This document shows, piece after piece, positions 56,101 through 64,000 of a DNA stretch of 64,000 nucleotides; position 1 is the stretch's first letter, and every line of letters starts with the position of its first letter. This stretch comes from Patescibacteria group bacterium (GTDB lineage Bacteria; Patescibacteriota; UBA1384; XYA2-FULL-43-10; 1-14-0-10-43-13), in NCBI GenBank assembly GCA_041666325.1, contig JBAYHC010000004.1:64929-128928 (forward strand), in the 5' to 3' direction. The notes under the pieces were generated by a model. It worked only from the letters and a program-made list of their open reading frames with translations. It made no database searches and was not told where the DNA came from. A program made the position numbers and the translations under genes.

Positions 56101-56700
56101 GCAACGCAAAAGATATTAACGCGCGCAAATCAGAATATGGTATTCGCTCGATTCGAGGACCGAACAGGCAATGTTGAGGTCTTGGCCTTTCCCAAGGTTC
56201 TCGAAGCGAATCCCATTCTTTGGGTAACTGACAAAATTGTTGCTATCGATGGATTCGTATCATTCAAGGACGGCGCCCCCAAAATCCTCGCAGAAACGAT
56301 TTTCGAGCTTTCTGACAACATTACAATTCCACCCTTCGAGACAAGAAGCAAAAGATCTCGGGGCTTCGGCGGCGGCAAGAATGGAGGCTCCTACGGGTCA
56401 AGTGGATCATACGGACAGAGCGGTAATACCGGAAGCACCGCAACCAAGTCGCCGGCGCCGGTGTTTGTTCCACAATTTTCCTCCCCTCTGGTCGTCACCA
56501 TTCCCTCTGGCTCTGACCGATCTGTTCTCAATGAGATTAAAGCTATCCTCGAGAAACATCCGGGAAGTTCAGGTGTAACTCTCAAGATCCCCAACAATGG
56601 CTCCGGACACAAGGAACTCAAACTTAAACAAAAAATTGAGCCTGCCCCGGTGGTCCTGCGCAAGCTCAAAGAACTCGTCGGCAACGAGAATGTTGTATAG
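53131..56700 (+). CDS. dnaE: DNA polymerase III alpha subunit with Gly/Ser-rich insertion and C-terminal extension
   Basis: PHP domain HLHVHSHFSMLDG, a palm/fingers core and an OB domain; C-terminal GFGGGKNGGSYGSSGSYGQSGNTGS low-complexity run plus about 90 extra residues. Confidence 0.9.
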   Translation: MDDQEKKFVHLHVHSHFSMLDGMGKIPDLVAKAKAEGQHALALTDHGVMHGSIEFYEECEKQGIKPLIGVETYVAARTLRDKTPRIDAHPYHLVLIAKNDEGYRNLLKLTSIAHLEGYYYKPRIDKETLRQHSKGVIGLSACLQGEVTRKSLESLDKAREALKEYLEIFEPGDFYLEVQKHPSIREQETANANIFTLAKEFNLKVVATCDTHYVNKEDAIAQDALICLQTGRLLSDTNRMSMADDDYSLMTTDQMLANFPDNPEVITNTVEIADKCSLTMELGKFKFPEFPLPEGETYESYLRKLIDERLPQRVGEITPSMRERLEYELDVIKQKGYLGYFLIVQDFFNWAKEHGIPTNTRGSAAGCFVSYAVGITPKQLNPLDYNLPFERFLNPFRPSAPDIDADIADSGRDAIIQYVSDRYGKDHVAQIITFGTMAARMAVRDVGRVLGMTYNEVDIIAKLIPPMKTTLDQALENIAELKSLYNSDGHVRQCIDIARKLEGVVRHASVHAAGVVIAPEDITNFTPVMMDAKNERLITQYEMHAVGEDGVGLIKMDFLGLANLSIIQNALRIIRKTRGTEINLDEIPLDDKKAFELLSRGETIGVFQLESEGMRKNIKELRPTSIHDIMAMVALYRPGPMAFIPEYIARKRNPARIVYPDARMEKILAKSLGLIVYQDDVLMIAIELAGYNWQEVDKFRKAIGKKIIKEMAAQKEKFFKQIIERGMQQEVATELWAQIETFAGYGFNKAHAASYGIVAYQTAYLKANYPPEYMSALMTSNKDDLDKLAMEIEECKRMGIEVMVPSINESFVDFGVVKDTNNVRFGLSAIKNVGQAVAEAIVEERKNGGNYKDLKDFVTRLDSKVINKKSLESLVMAGAMEDLGERAELLFNMEKILAFASIFHKNKSAGQSSLFGDSTEVQIGDIPLEATRPADQKQRLAWERELLGMYISEHPLSNIGPLLEQARTKALSEIKENLENQFVRVSGIITATQKILTRANQNMVFARFEDRTGNVEVLAFPKVLEANPILWVTDKIVAIDGFVSFKDGAPKILAETIFELSDNITIPPFETRSKRSRGFGGGKNGGSYGSSGSYGQSGNTGSTATKSPAPVFVPQFSSPLVVTIPSGSDRSVLNEIKAILEKHPGSSGVTLKIPNNGSGHKELKLKQKIEPAPVVLRKLKELVGNENVV

Positions 56701-56709
56701 GGAAAATAA

Positions 56710-56745
56710 AAAAAAGGGTCACGCTAAGCGTAACCCTGTGGCGTT
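56710..56745. terminator. bidirectional intrinsic terminator
   Basis: AAAAAAAA-GGGTCACGC-taa-GCGTAACCC-TGTGGCGTTTT. Confidence 0.55.
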
Positions 56746-57056
56746 TTGCCCTTCTCCCTGTCTCGGTGAAAGAACAACATGGATAAGGCAAGTAGAAAAA
56801 TCAATCCCATCACTACATCTGCGATGTATGTGAACAGCCTCATACTAAACCCGAAATACCAAATATTAAGGCCTGCAGTGACAGCTATCACCTGAATGAC
56901 TGACAAGGCAAATACTTTGAAGCGGCATTGTCTGGGTAGCGTCCCGGCCAAAGCGTGTAGGGTGAGCAACAGTATCATCGCCAGCAATAGAAGGAAAACA
57001 ATGCCAGCAATCCGTTGTAATCTTGCTGGCGTCCCAGAGATGATGGGCCAAAGCAC
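56724..57056 (-). CDS. hypothetical membrane protein (110 aa)
   Basis: Three hydrophobic helices. Confidence 0.4.
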   Translation of the reverse strand: MLWPIISGTPARLQRIAGIVFLLLLAMILLLTLHALAGTLPRQCRFKVFALSVIQVIAVTAGLNIWYFGFSMRLFTYIADVVMGLIFLLALSMLFFHRDREKGKTPQGYA

Positions 57057-57130
57057 TATTGCAGCAAAAATGAGTGCTGCGATCGGATGAGCGTATCCGC
57101 GTAAAATAGAACGGACTTCGCTATTGATAT

Positions 57131-57454
57131 CTATTCTCCATTCATCCTGCGGAGTGCATCTGCGGAACGTCGTGCAAATTGCCGCGGATTACAGTCAAGG
57201 ACCAAAGCCAGCAAGCACTTCGTCGACAATGCCCTGATTTCATCGCTGCACTCTCCCAGACCTTCCAACACGGACTCAAACGCCACGCGCATTTCGCTGT
57301 CGTCCCTCAGGCGCAACAACGCCCGCGTATCCAGTGAAGCTTCGCTGCTGATCTCCCCGCCAAGCTCAACCTCAACAAGAAAAGCGTCTTCAAGCGGCAG
57401 GGAGACCTCATCGTCTAGCCACCCCACGCGAACCTTACCAGTCGCACCGTTCAT
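57131..57454 (-). CDS. hypothetical protein (107 aa, GC-rich, acidic)
   Basis: ORF only. Confidence 0.35.
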   Translation of the reverse strand: MNGATGKVRVGWLDDEVSLPLEDAFLVEVELGGEISSEASLDTRALLRLRDDSEMRVAFESVLEGLGECSDEIRALSTKCLLALVLDCNPRQFARRSADALRRMNGE

Positions 57455-57604
57455 ACTCGCTCTCCCTTCCGGATGGTATCGCTCACCATTGAAGCAGTGA
57501 AATTATACAACAAAACCGCCATTATTTCAATAGCGGCGAAGACATCACGAGCAATTTTTAACAGTGAGTCACTACGCGGGGCCCGACGGATCAAACAAGG
57601 AGGG

Positions 57605-58087
57605 CTATTTAGTACCAACTATCAACTGCTGAACCGCATACGGGTTGGCAACATTTCTGATAATGATCTCGCTGCCAGCAGTAGCACCAGCCGTACGAAC
57701 AACCAGATCACCATATTTAAAAACTGTGCGCAGCAAGCCGGACGTACTAGAGGAGATATCTTGAATATTCGAAAGCTCTGTCTCAGTTATCTTTTTGCGT
57801 AAATAACCGCCCTGATCAATGTTAACAATCCTCATATTGGTAACAATAAGGTTACTGCGCGAAAATAAATAATATGAACGAGAAAAGATGCCTATCCCAA
57901 CTATACTCAGGACAAATGCAATTAACCCAGAATACTCATTGGACCAAAACCAGACGAGCGCAACAGCCATAGCGAGAACAACAACCAGCTTTATCCCTGG
58001 CCCAAATAAAACAAAGGGGTGGTTTTTCACCACGGCAAGAATTTTCTCGCCCGGCTTCTGGCCATCAAATTTGAATTCTTCGTTCAT
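57605..58087 (-). CDS. membrane protein with bacterial PH (bPH_2/YdbS-like) domain
   Basis: Two TM helices followed by the block YLFSRSNLIVTNMRIVNIDQGGYLRKKITETELSNIQDI. Confidence 0.55.
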   Translation of the reverse strand: MNEEFKFDGQKPGEKILAVVKNHPFVLFGPGIKLVVVLAMAVALVWFWSNEYSGLIAFVLSIVGIGIFSRSYYLFSRSNLIVTNMRIVNIDQGGYLRKKITETELSNIQDISSSTSGLLRTVFKYGDLVVRTAGATAGSEIIIRNVANPYAVQQLIVGTK

Positions 58088-58222
58088 GCGTCAGTTCGTA
58101 AAGTTCTTAAAGTTTATAAGGTTCATAAAGTGATGTCGCAATTCAATGCCCATTGCTCTTATATTAAGGCATCCAATCAGTAACAAGTGCCGAGTTGCTG
58201 GTTGCGATTAACTTTATAAACT

Positions 58223-59332
58223 TTATGAACTTTTCACTTTATGAACTATGTGCTTGGCGCGATAATTCAATACCTTGATCAAGATTATCAAAAGAACCAC
58301 AAGAACAAAAGCGCTCACTACCTTATTGAGTGTCTTCAATTGAAGCGCAAACGCACCAAACACTCCCGAGATGATATAGAGAACGATGATTGATTGCCTC
58401 ACGGAAAAACCTGCCTGCAGAAATCGGTGATGTAAATGAGTTTTATCAGGAGTTGTCAGTGGGTTCTCACCGCGCATGATCCGACCCCCCGCCACAAGAA
58501 TACCATCGATAATCGGGAAACCAAGCACCAGGAAGGCAGTTGCCAACTTGCCGCCAGAGATGATAGCCAAAACACCGAGCATAAACCCCAGGAACATGCT
58601 GCCGGAATCACCCATAAATATCTTGGCTGGCGGAAAGTTCCAAACCAAGAAACCAGCCGTTGATCCAGCAAGAATTGCAGCAAGTAGTGCTGTGGCTGGC
58701 TGGCTGACTTCGACACTGACAGACAGGAGCAATATTGTCACGGCGGCAATGGTAGATATGCCCGCAGCCAGACCATCGACCCCATCAACAAAATTAATAA
58801 CGTTCATCATTCCCACGAGCCAAACAAGCGTAAAAAGGTCAGACCACAAAGAAAAGTGGTAAGACACACCGTTTATCTTCATGATGGGAATGTAAACAGA
58901 GTTTAGGTCGATGGCTAGGCCGAAGGGATTTGATATCTTGTCGATACCAACACCCGCAGAGACAACAATGGCTACCGCCAAAATCTGAAAGAATACCTTC
59001 TGCCAAACTTTTAATCCCCTCACGTCATCAACTAGCATTGAGAGAACAATAACAAAACCAGCAAGCCAGATGCCAACCAGATGCTTATCAACGCCAAACC
59101 ACAAGCCGGGTCCAAATTTAAGAGTAGGATTATCGATCAAGAATGTGATCGCCGAAACAACAACGAAGGCAGCAAAGAAGCCTACGCCACCGATCCTCGG
59201 TGTCGGCTTCTTGTGAACATCCCGTGCACGGGGAACAGAAAGAAGACCAGCAGAAAGCCCAATCTTCCTCACTATTGGGGTCAAAACAGCCGCAAGCAGA
59301 AACGAAGATATTAAGGGAAGAAAATATGGCAT
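58223..59332 (-). CDS. MraY/WecA-family polyprenyl-phosphate N-acetylhexosamine-1-phosphate transferase
   Basis: NFVDGVDGLAAG and IFMGDSGSMFLGF motifs; about 10 TM helices. Confidence 0.7.
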   Translation of the reverse strand: MPYFLPLISSFLLAAVLTPIVRKIGLSAGLLSVPRARDVHKKPTPRIGGVGFFAAFVVVSAITFLIDNPTLKFGPGLWFGVDKHLVGIWLAGFVIVLSMLVDDVRGLKVWQKVFFQILAVAIVVSAGVGIDKISNPFGLAIDLNSVYIPIMKINGVSYHFSLWSDLFTLVWLVGMMNVINFVDGVDGLAAGISTIAAVTILLLSVSVEVSQPATALLAAILAGSTAGFLVWNFPPAKIFMGDSGSMFLGFMLGVLAIISGGKLATAFLVLGFPIIDGILVAGGRIMRGENPLTTPDKTHLHHRFLQAGFSVRQSIIVLYIISGVFGAFALQLKTLNKVVSAFVLVVLLIILIKVLNYRAKHIVHKVKSS

Positions 59333-59414
59333 AAAAGACTATAAGCTAGTAGGAAATGAGCCGGCAAGCAAGGCACGGCAAAGACGCAAACCGCCCGCTT
59401 GAATTTATTATTAA

Positions 59415-60026
59415 CTAAAACATTGCCTTGTGCTCGCTTCTATCGTAGTCGTGTATCTCCTCCTCGGAAAACCAATGGCCAATTTCATGTTTGGCTTCAC
59501 CCACTGTTTCAGATGCATGGATAAGGTTCTTGATTGCTCGCTTGCTCAGATTAGCGGCAGCAGGAGAGTCAACAGAGTAGTCGCCACGAATAGTGCCAAT
59601 ATCCGCTTTGGCCGGAAGAGTAGAACCGGTAATCTTTCTGACCATGTCAATCGCATGCACACCTTCGATCACCATGGCTACAACAGGGGCATCGGCAATA
59701 TAATCCATGAGCCACTGCCGTACTTGCTTGCCAGCTTCCTTCTTGTCGTCTGTCCCCATGACTTCCTTTGGATCAATCCCGTGTTCTGCGAAAGTATTAA
59801 ACCCCTTCTCTCCCAAGCGTTCAATCCAAGAGTCGTCTTTAGGATAGTGCTCATCGACATGTTCAAGAGAAGGCTTTACCATCTTCATGGCGATTATCTT
59901 TAGCCCACGCTGCTCATATCGCTTAATAATCTCGCCGGTCAAGCCACGCTCTACACCATCGGGCTTAATCATAACAAATGTGCGTTCAAGAACAATTTCT
60001 GGGACAAGATCCTTCAATTCAGACAT
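59415..60026 (-). CDS. ndk: nucleoside-diphosphate kinase (with C-terminal extension)
   Basis: ERTFVMIKPDGVERGLTGEII and NAIHGSD-like GTIRGDYSVD blocks; about 50 extra C-terminal residues. Confidence 0.85.
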   Translation of the reverse strand: MSELKDLVPEIVLERTFVMIKPDGVERGLTGEIIKRYEQRGLKIIAMKMVKPSLEHVDEHYPKDDSWIERLGEKGFNTFAEHGIDPKEVMGTDDKKEAGKQVRQWLMDYIADAPVVAMVIEGVHAIDMVRKITGSTLPAKADIGTIRGDYSVDSPAAANLSKRAIKNLIHASETVGEAKHEIGHWFSEEEIHDYDRSEHKAMF

Positions 60027-60127
60027 GGAGACTCCTTATTAGACTAAAGAACGCAAAAACAAACTCTTAGTACAAATCTTTTGAAGTGTATTGTTCTTCA
60101 GCTATTACTGTTATATCACAATCAATA

Positions 60128-61393
60128 TTAAATCTTAAAGATTTGGTTAAGATCTTTTTCCTTGAGCGCGGGTCCAATGTAAGCAAGGCTCATGCGATTG
60201 TCCAAGATATATTTCTTTGCAACTTCGGTGATATCTTTCACCGTCACTTTTTCATAACGCTCTAGGATTTCCTCTGGCGTCAGTGTTTGGTTCGCCACTA
60301 TCTCAGAAATGGCATAATGAGTAGCCAAGTCAAGCGAATCCTCAAAAGAGATAAGAACTCGGCCAGAGATCATCTCCTTTGCCCTTGCGAGCTCAACTTC
60401 TGTTACTCCGCCGTCCCTGATCTTGGCGTATTCTGAAATCACCGCCCTGACTGTTTCCCCGACCTTGTCGTGAGGAACGCCAACCTGAGTTTCAATTGAT
60501 CCAGCGTCGCTGTAGCCGGAAACTGACGTTCGAACAGCATAGGCCAAGCCTCGTTTTTCCCTAATTTCAGCAAACATCCTGGAACTCATGCCGCCGCCCA
60601 ATATAACACCGAGAAGTTTAAGTTTGTATCTATCAGGGTGGGCATAAGCAGGACCATGAAAACCAATAACCATGTGTGACTGTTCTGTCTTCTTGGAACA
60701 AATCAGATGGCTCTTGGCCTGATTTACGATTAATGGCGGAAGATCAATGGGCGTTGATGAAGGAAGGGGAAACATCTCCTCAATCATGGCCATTAAGTCC
60801 TCCCTGGAGTACTGACCAAAATTACCGGCGATAACGATAATTGTGTTCGGCCCGGTGTAATACGAAGACTTATAATCCTGCAAACTCTTCGAGGAAACAC
60901 CTGAGACGGTTTGCTTGTAGCCAATGATGTCTCGGCCAAGAGAATTGTTGCCGAAGAGGCTCTCTTCGAATTTGCTATCAACCATCTCCGAGGGAGAATC
61001 TTCGTACATGTTGATCTCTTCAATGATTACATTTTTCTCACGAGCAAGCTCCTCCTCTTTCATAACGGAGTTGATCACGATGTCGGACAAGAAATCAAAC
61101 GCATCCCGAAGATGTTTTGGCGCAACCTTGACGTAGTAACCCGTGTACTCCTTGCCGGTAAAAGCATTGTGCTCTCCTCCGATCGATTCGATGAATTCAG
61201 CGACTTCAATAAAAGTGGGCCGTTTCTTTGTGCCTTTGTAATGCATGTGTTCTAGCACATGTGAAATGCCCGCGTTTTCCTCTGATTCATAGCGACTTCC
61301 CACCCCAAACATTGTCATTATTGTGACGACTTTTGTTGCATTATTTGGCGCAAGTATGACCTTGAGACCGTTCTTTAAAATTTCCTTCTGCAT
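60128..61393 (-). CDS. M16 family zinc peptidase (pitrilysin/insulinase-like)
   Basis: Inverted zinc motif HVLEHMHYKGT with a downstream Glu. Confidence 0.75.
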   Translation of the reverse strand: MQKEILKNGLKVILAPNNATKVVTIMTMFGVGSRYESEENAGISHVLEHMHYKGTKKRPTFIEVAEFIESIGGEHNAFTGKEYTGYYVKVAPKHLRDAFDFLSDIVINSVMKEEELAREKNVIIEEINMYEDSPSEMVDSKFEESLFGNNSLGRDIIGYKQTVSGVSSKSLQDYKSSYYTGPNTIIVIAGNFGQYSREDLMAMIEEMFPLPSSTPIDLPPLIVNQAKSHLICSKKTEQSHMVIGFHGPAYAHPDRYKLKLLGVILGGGMSSRMFAEIREKRGLAYAVRTSVSGYSDAGSIETQVGVPHDKVGETVRAVISEYAKIRDGGVTEVELARAKEMISGRVLISFEDSLDLATHYAISEIVANQTLTPEEILERYEKVTVKDITEVAKKYILDNRMSLAYIGPALKEKDLNQIFKI

Positions 61394-61465
61394 AGATTTA
61401 TCTCAAAATTAAAAACTCAAACCCCAAAACCATTGTAGCGCATCTCTACTCACTTAGGGAAATTT

Positions 61466-61744
61466 TGGTACCCGCGACAGGACTTTCACGTCGCCCTGCT
61501 CCCTAGGAACCCACGGTTCCTAGTGTCCTCCCCTAGCGGGAAACTCCCGTTTCCCGACCCCTTCCCAGGTTCAAACTCTTCATCGCCAGAAAACAAAAAT
61601 CACCTTTCGGTGATAATATAGGCCCCTCGACAAGCTCGGGGTCATTCGACTTCATGCCACGAATAAACAAGAAGGCATTTTAAAATATGGCTTGCCATGA
61701 GCGAAATCCCGATTTATCGGGATGGAGTCGAATGGTACCCGCGA
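61466..61744. repeat. tRNA-Arg-linked repeat: 20-nt direct duplicate of the tRNA 3' end (61466-61485) and intervening hairpin-rich segment containing the shared 31-nt motif
   Basis: TGGTACCCGCGACAGGACTT occurs at 61466 and 61745; CGGGAAACTCCCGTTTCCCGACCCCTTCCCAG lies at about 61540-61575 in the same relative orientation as downstream of tRNA-Gln. Confidence 0.6.
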
Positions 61745-61821
61745 CAGGACTTGAACCTGTGACCTTCAGATCCGCAATCTGACGCTCTATCCAACTGAGC
61801 TACGCGGGCAGACATAGCAAG
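61745..61821 (-). tRNA. tRNA-Arg (anticodon GCG as parsed)
   Basis: Hand-folded: acceptor GCCCGCG/CGCGGGU, D-arm GCUC-AGUUGGAUA-GAGC, anticodon stem UCAGA/UCUGA with loop UUGCGGA, T-arm ACAGG-UUCAAGU-CCUGU, ACCA. Confidence 0.75.
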
Positions 61822-61910
61822 TAAGCACATAAGCAGGTAGGCTAATAAGCAAAGGCTTGCAAACACAGCTTGTCACAGGCTTACCAGCTTACCAACTTAA
61901 TTCTTACAAA

Positions 61911-62411
61911 CTAGAATCTTAGTATTCTGTTGACCATATCCATTAAATCTTCGCCTGTGGGTTCGGTCTCCGGCAAATACTTTTTCAAATAAATGCGGAC
62001 CTGGCTAATATCAACGTTCTTTAAGGGCAGGGCAACCTCTCCGCCAAATTGCCCGACCTGAACTAAACGAACCTTTGGAAGCTCAGACAGAGCAAGGCTG
62101 AACGATTTGAACTCATCGAAACGATAAACCCTGTCGTTCACAACGATTCCATCCCGATAGATAGCACACTTTACAGTGCGCGGATGCACGCTCGACAAAC
62201 TGATAAGAGCAATTGTCCCAGCTATCGTAACAATCACCCCACTCAAGAGACCGGACAGGTAGAGGACGACCGCCATAGCCACAGCAACCACAACTACTGC
62301 AGCATACCACCCATTGCTCTTTGAGTGATGAACATATTCTGGTGAATCCCAAGAAAAAACAGGATATTCACCGTCACCATCAGCACGAACTTTTGTCTTC
62401 TCAAGAGCCAT
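61911..62411 (-). CDS. hypothetical membrane protein (166 aa)
   Basis: Two TM helices; ORF only. Confidence 0.4.
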   Translation of the reverse strand: MALEKTKVRADGDGEYPVFSWDSPEYVHHSKSNGWYAAVVVVAVAMAVVLYLSGLLSGVIVTIAGTIALISLSSVHPRTVKCAIYRDGIVVNDRVYRFDEFKSFSLALSELPKVRLVQVGQFGGEVALPLKNVDISQVRIYLKKYLPETEPTGEDLMDMVNRILRF

Positions 62412-62552
62412 TTCCCTCCTTGAAGAATTGGAAGTAATACTATTTGGTCCTACCCAACTCTATCATACAAATGCTCTGCGCGAATCGCATCAAACCTATT
62501 TATTAACTGGCTTGTTATAAGCTTGCCGAATCCCCTGCACCTTTAAATATAG

Positions 62553-62645
62553 TGGCGGAAGGTGCGGGATTCGAACCCGCGTGGCGGCTTTTAAACCACC
62601 GACGGTTTAGCAAACCGTTCCCTTAAGCCTCTCGGGCAACCTTCC
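62553..62645 (-). tRNA. tRNA-Ser (anticodon GCU, long variable arm)
   Basis: Hand-folded: acceptor GGAAGGU/ACCUUCC, anticodon stem ACGGU/ACCGU with loop UUGCUAA, 20-nt variable arm, T-arm GCGGG-UUCGAAU-CCCGC, GCCA. Confidence 0.8.
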
Positions 62646-62986
62646 GTAGCATCGACTTTCAAACACAAAAAAACATTTTGATTAGTGCCGTCCGCTCTAA
62701 ATCCGGCTTTTCTAGATCACTCTATCAAAAAAACTCAATAAAATCTACCCCGCTCCTCAACGCTAGAACGTCCAGAATAATTTAATTAATGATAACTGAA
62801 AACTATCTTTTGTCATCCAGAGAAAATAATTTAAGACAGGGCCAATGCACCTATCCCCCAGGTATTTTATTAATCTTTAATCAATGTTACAATCGTCTAT
62901 GAACAAACTCGGGCGCACTACAGCACATTATCACGATCAATTAAGGACAGACAGTTGATTTAGTTACTCACAGGAGAACCGTTTCA

Positions 62987-64000
62987 ATGAAAAAATTACT
63001 AGTATTCATGGTTGCGCTGCTTGTTAGCATAAGCATTTTTTCGTCCTCTCAAGTGGGGGCAGCAAATACGGTAAATATATATTTTTTCCGCGGAGAGGGC
63101 TGCCCTCACTGCGCCAAAGAAGAAATTTTTCTCGAAGAGCTTAAGTCAAGATACCCGAGCATGAAAGTGAGTGACTATGAGGTCTGGTACAACAAGAACA
63201 ACCAGGAGCTGCTAACAAAAGTCGCCGAGAAATTGAACGTCAAGGTTTCAGGTGTCCCATTTACTATTATTGGCGATAAAACATTCTTTGGTTTTTCCGA
63301 GTCAGCCACCGGCCCGGCGATGGAGGCACGGGTCAAAGAAGGGTTAGAATCAACTTTGCCTGATTCGGTTGCTGACACGATTAAAGCTGAAACGTCAAAA
63401 CCAGTGGCTGACCCTCAGCCCGAACCAGGAGCTGGCAGTTTACAGCCCATACCCATGGCGCCAGACCCAAAAAGTGAGGATAATTCAGAAGATAACTCCA
63501 TAAAACAAAACGACATACCAGACAGCGTGCAAGTTCCCTTTATCGGAGATATTAAAACTAAGAATCTATCTCTGCCACTCCTGGCAGTAGTATTCGGTAC
63601 GCTGGACGGATTTAATCCCTGTGCTATGTGGACCCTAATTTTTCTTATTAGTCTGCTCATAGGCATGAACGACAGAAAAAGAATGTGGATACTGGGAAGT
63701 GCCTTTATTATCGCTTCTGCATCCGTCTACTTCCTTTTTATGGCAGCCTGGCTCAACCTCCTGCTCATTATCGGCCTTGTCACCAGTATTCGAGCGTTAA
63801 TCGGCCTTGTCGCCCTTGGCGGAGGTGGCTTCAACATCAGGGAGTACTTCAAGAGCAAGGAAATTGCGTGCAAGGTGACCAACCACAAAAAAAGACGCCG
63901 TATTTTTGAAAAACTCAAAGAGATCACTCTGGAAAAAAAGTTTCTACTAGCCCTGGGTGGAATTATCCTCTTGGCAGTTGCAGTCAATCTGGTTGAGCTT
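62987..64000 (+). CDS. thioredoxin-like (CPHC) domain fused to DsbD/CcdA-like transmembrane disulfide-transfer domain; 3' end beyond window
   Basis: AGGAG RBS; signal peptide; FFRGEGCPHCAKEE thioredoxin-fold motif; TM region with GFNPCAMW. Runs off the edge, so it is absent from the ORF track. Confidence 0.6.
   Translation, partial: MKKLLVFMVALLVSISIFSSSQVGAANTVNIYFFRGEGCPHCAKEEIFLEELKSRYPSMKVSDYEVWYNKNNQELLTKVAEKLNVKVSGVPFTIIGDKTFFGFSESATGPAMEARVKEGLESTLPDSVADTIKAETSKPVADPQPEPGAGSLQPIPMAPDPKSEDNSEDNSIKQNDIPDSVQVPFIGDIKTKNLSLPLLAVVFGTLDGFNPCAMWTLIFLISLLIGMNDRKRMWILGSAFIIASASVYFLFMAAWLNLLLIIGLVTSIRALIGLVALGGGGFNIREYFKSKEIACKVTNHKKRRRIFEKLKEITLEKKFLLALGGIILLAVAVNLVEL

Overview
This window reads as a low-to-moderate GC bacterial chromosome segment, roughly 45% GC by eye, with clearly GC-richer patches. 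Its gene content (dnaE, dnaX, dnaB, ndk, gmk, gltX, L19/L27, a type IV pilus cluster, a fused double Ddl, several single-domain receivers, small repeats and no biosynthetic operons) is consistent with a reduced-genome Patescibacteria/CPR-like organism; the lineage call is inference only. The backbone is replication and translation housekeeping: dnaB, dnaX, dnaE, rplS, rpmA, gltX, ndk, gmk and four tRNAs (Glu-CUC, Gln-CUG, Arg-GCG as parsed, Ser-GCU). Accessory content: a pilB-pilC-pilM-pilN-pilO operon whose PilB carries an N-terminal HU/IHF-like domain, next to a histidine kinase and several orphan receivers. There is a GC-rich radical SAM/SPASM enzyme with a C-terminal PqqD-like recognition domain beside a TipAS-type MerR regulator. 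There is a tandem-duplicated D-Ala-D-Ala ligase. A tRNA-bounded mosaic region holds two STAS proteins, a degenerate Fic protein and a WD40-like propeller. Three families of short non-coding repeats stand out and are not explained by the genes. One is a ~130-nt hairpin-containing element directly upstream of pilC, pilM and gmk. One is a UCAUCCYGAG...GAGGGAUCCCAU motif in two copies with compensatory base changes. One is a shared 31-nt GGGAAAC/GTTTCCC hairpin motif sitting between each of two tRNAs (Gln, Arg) and a direct duplicate of that tRNA's 3' end. No CRISPR array, rRNA or obvious transposase was seen. Coordinates of hand-parsed features may be off by a few bases.
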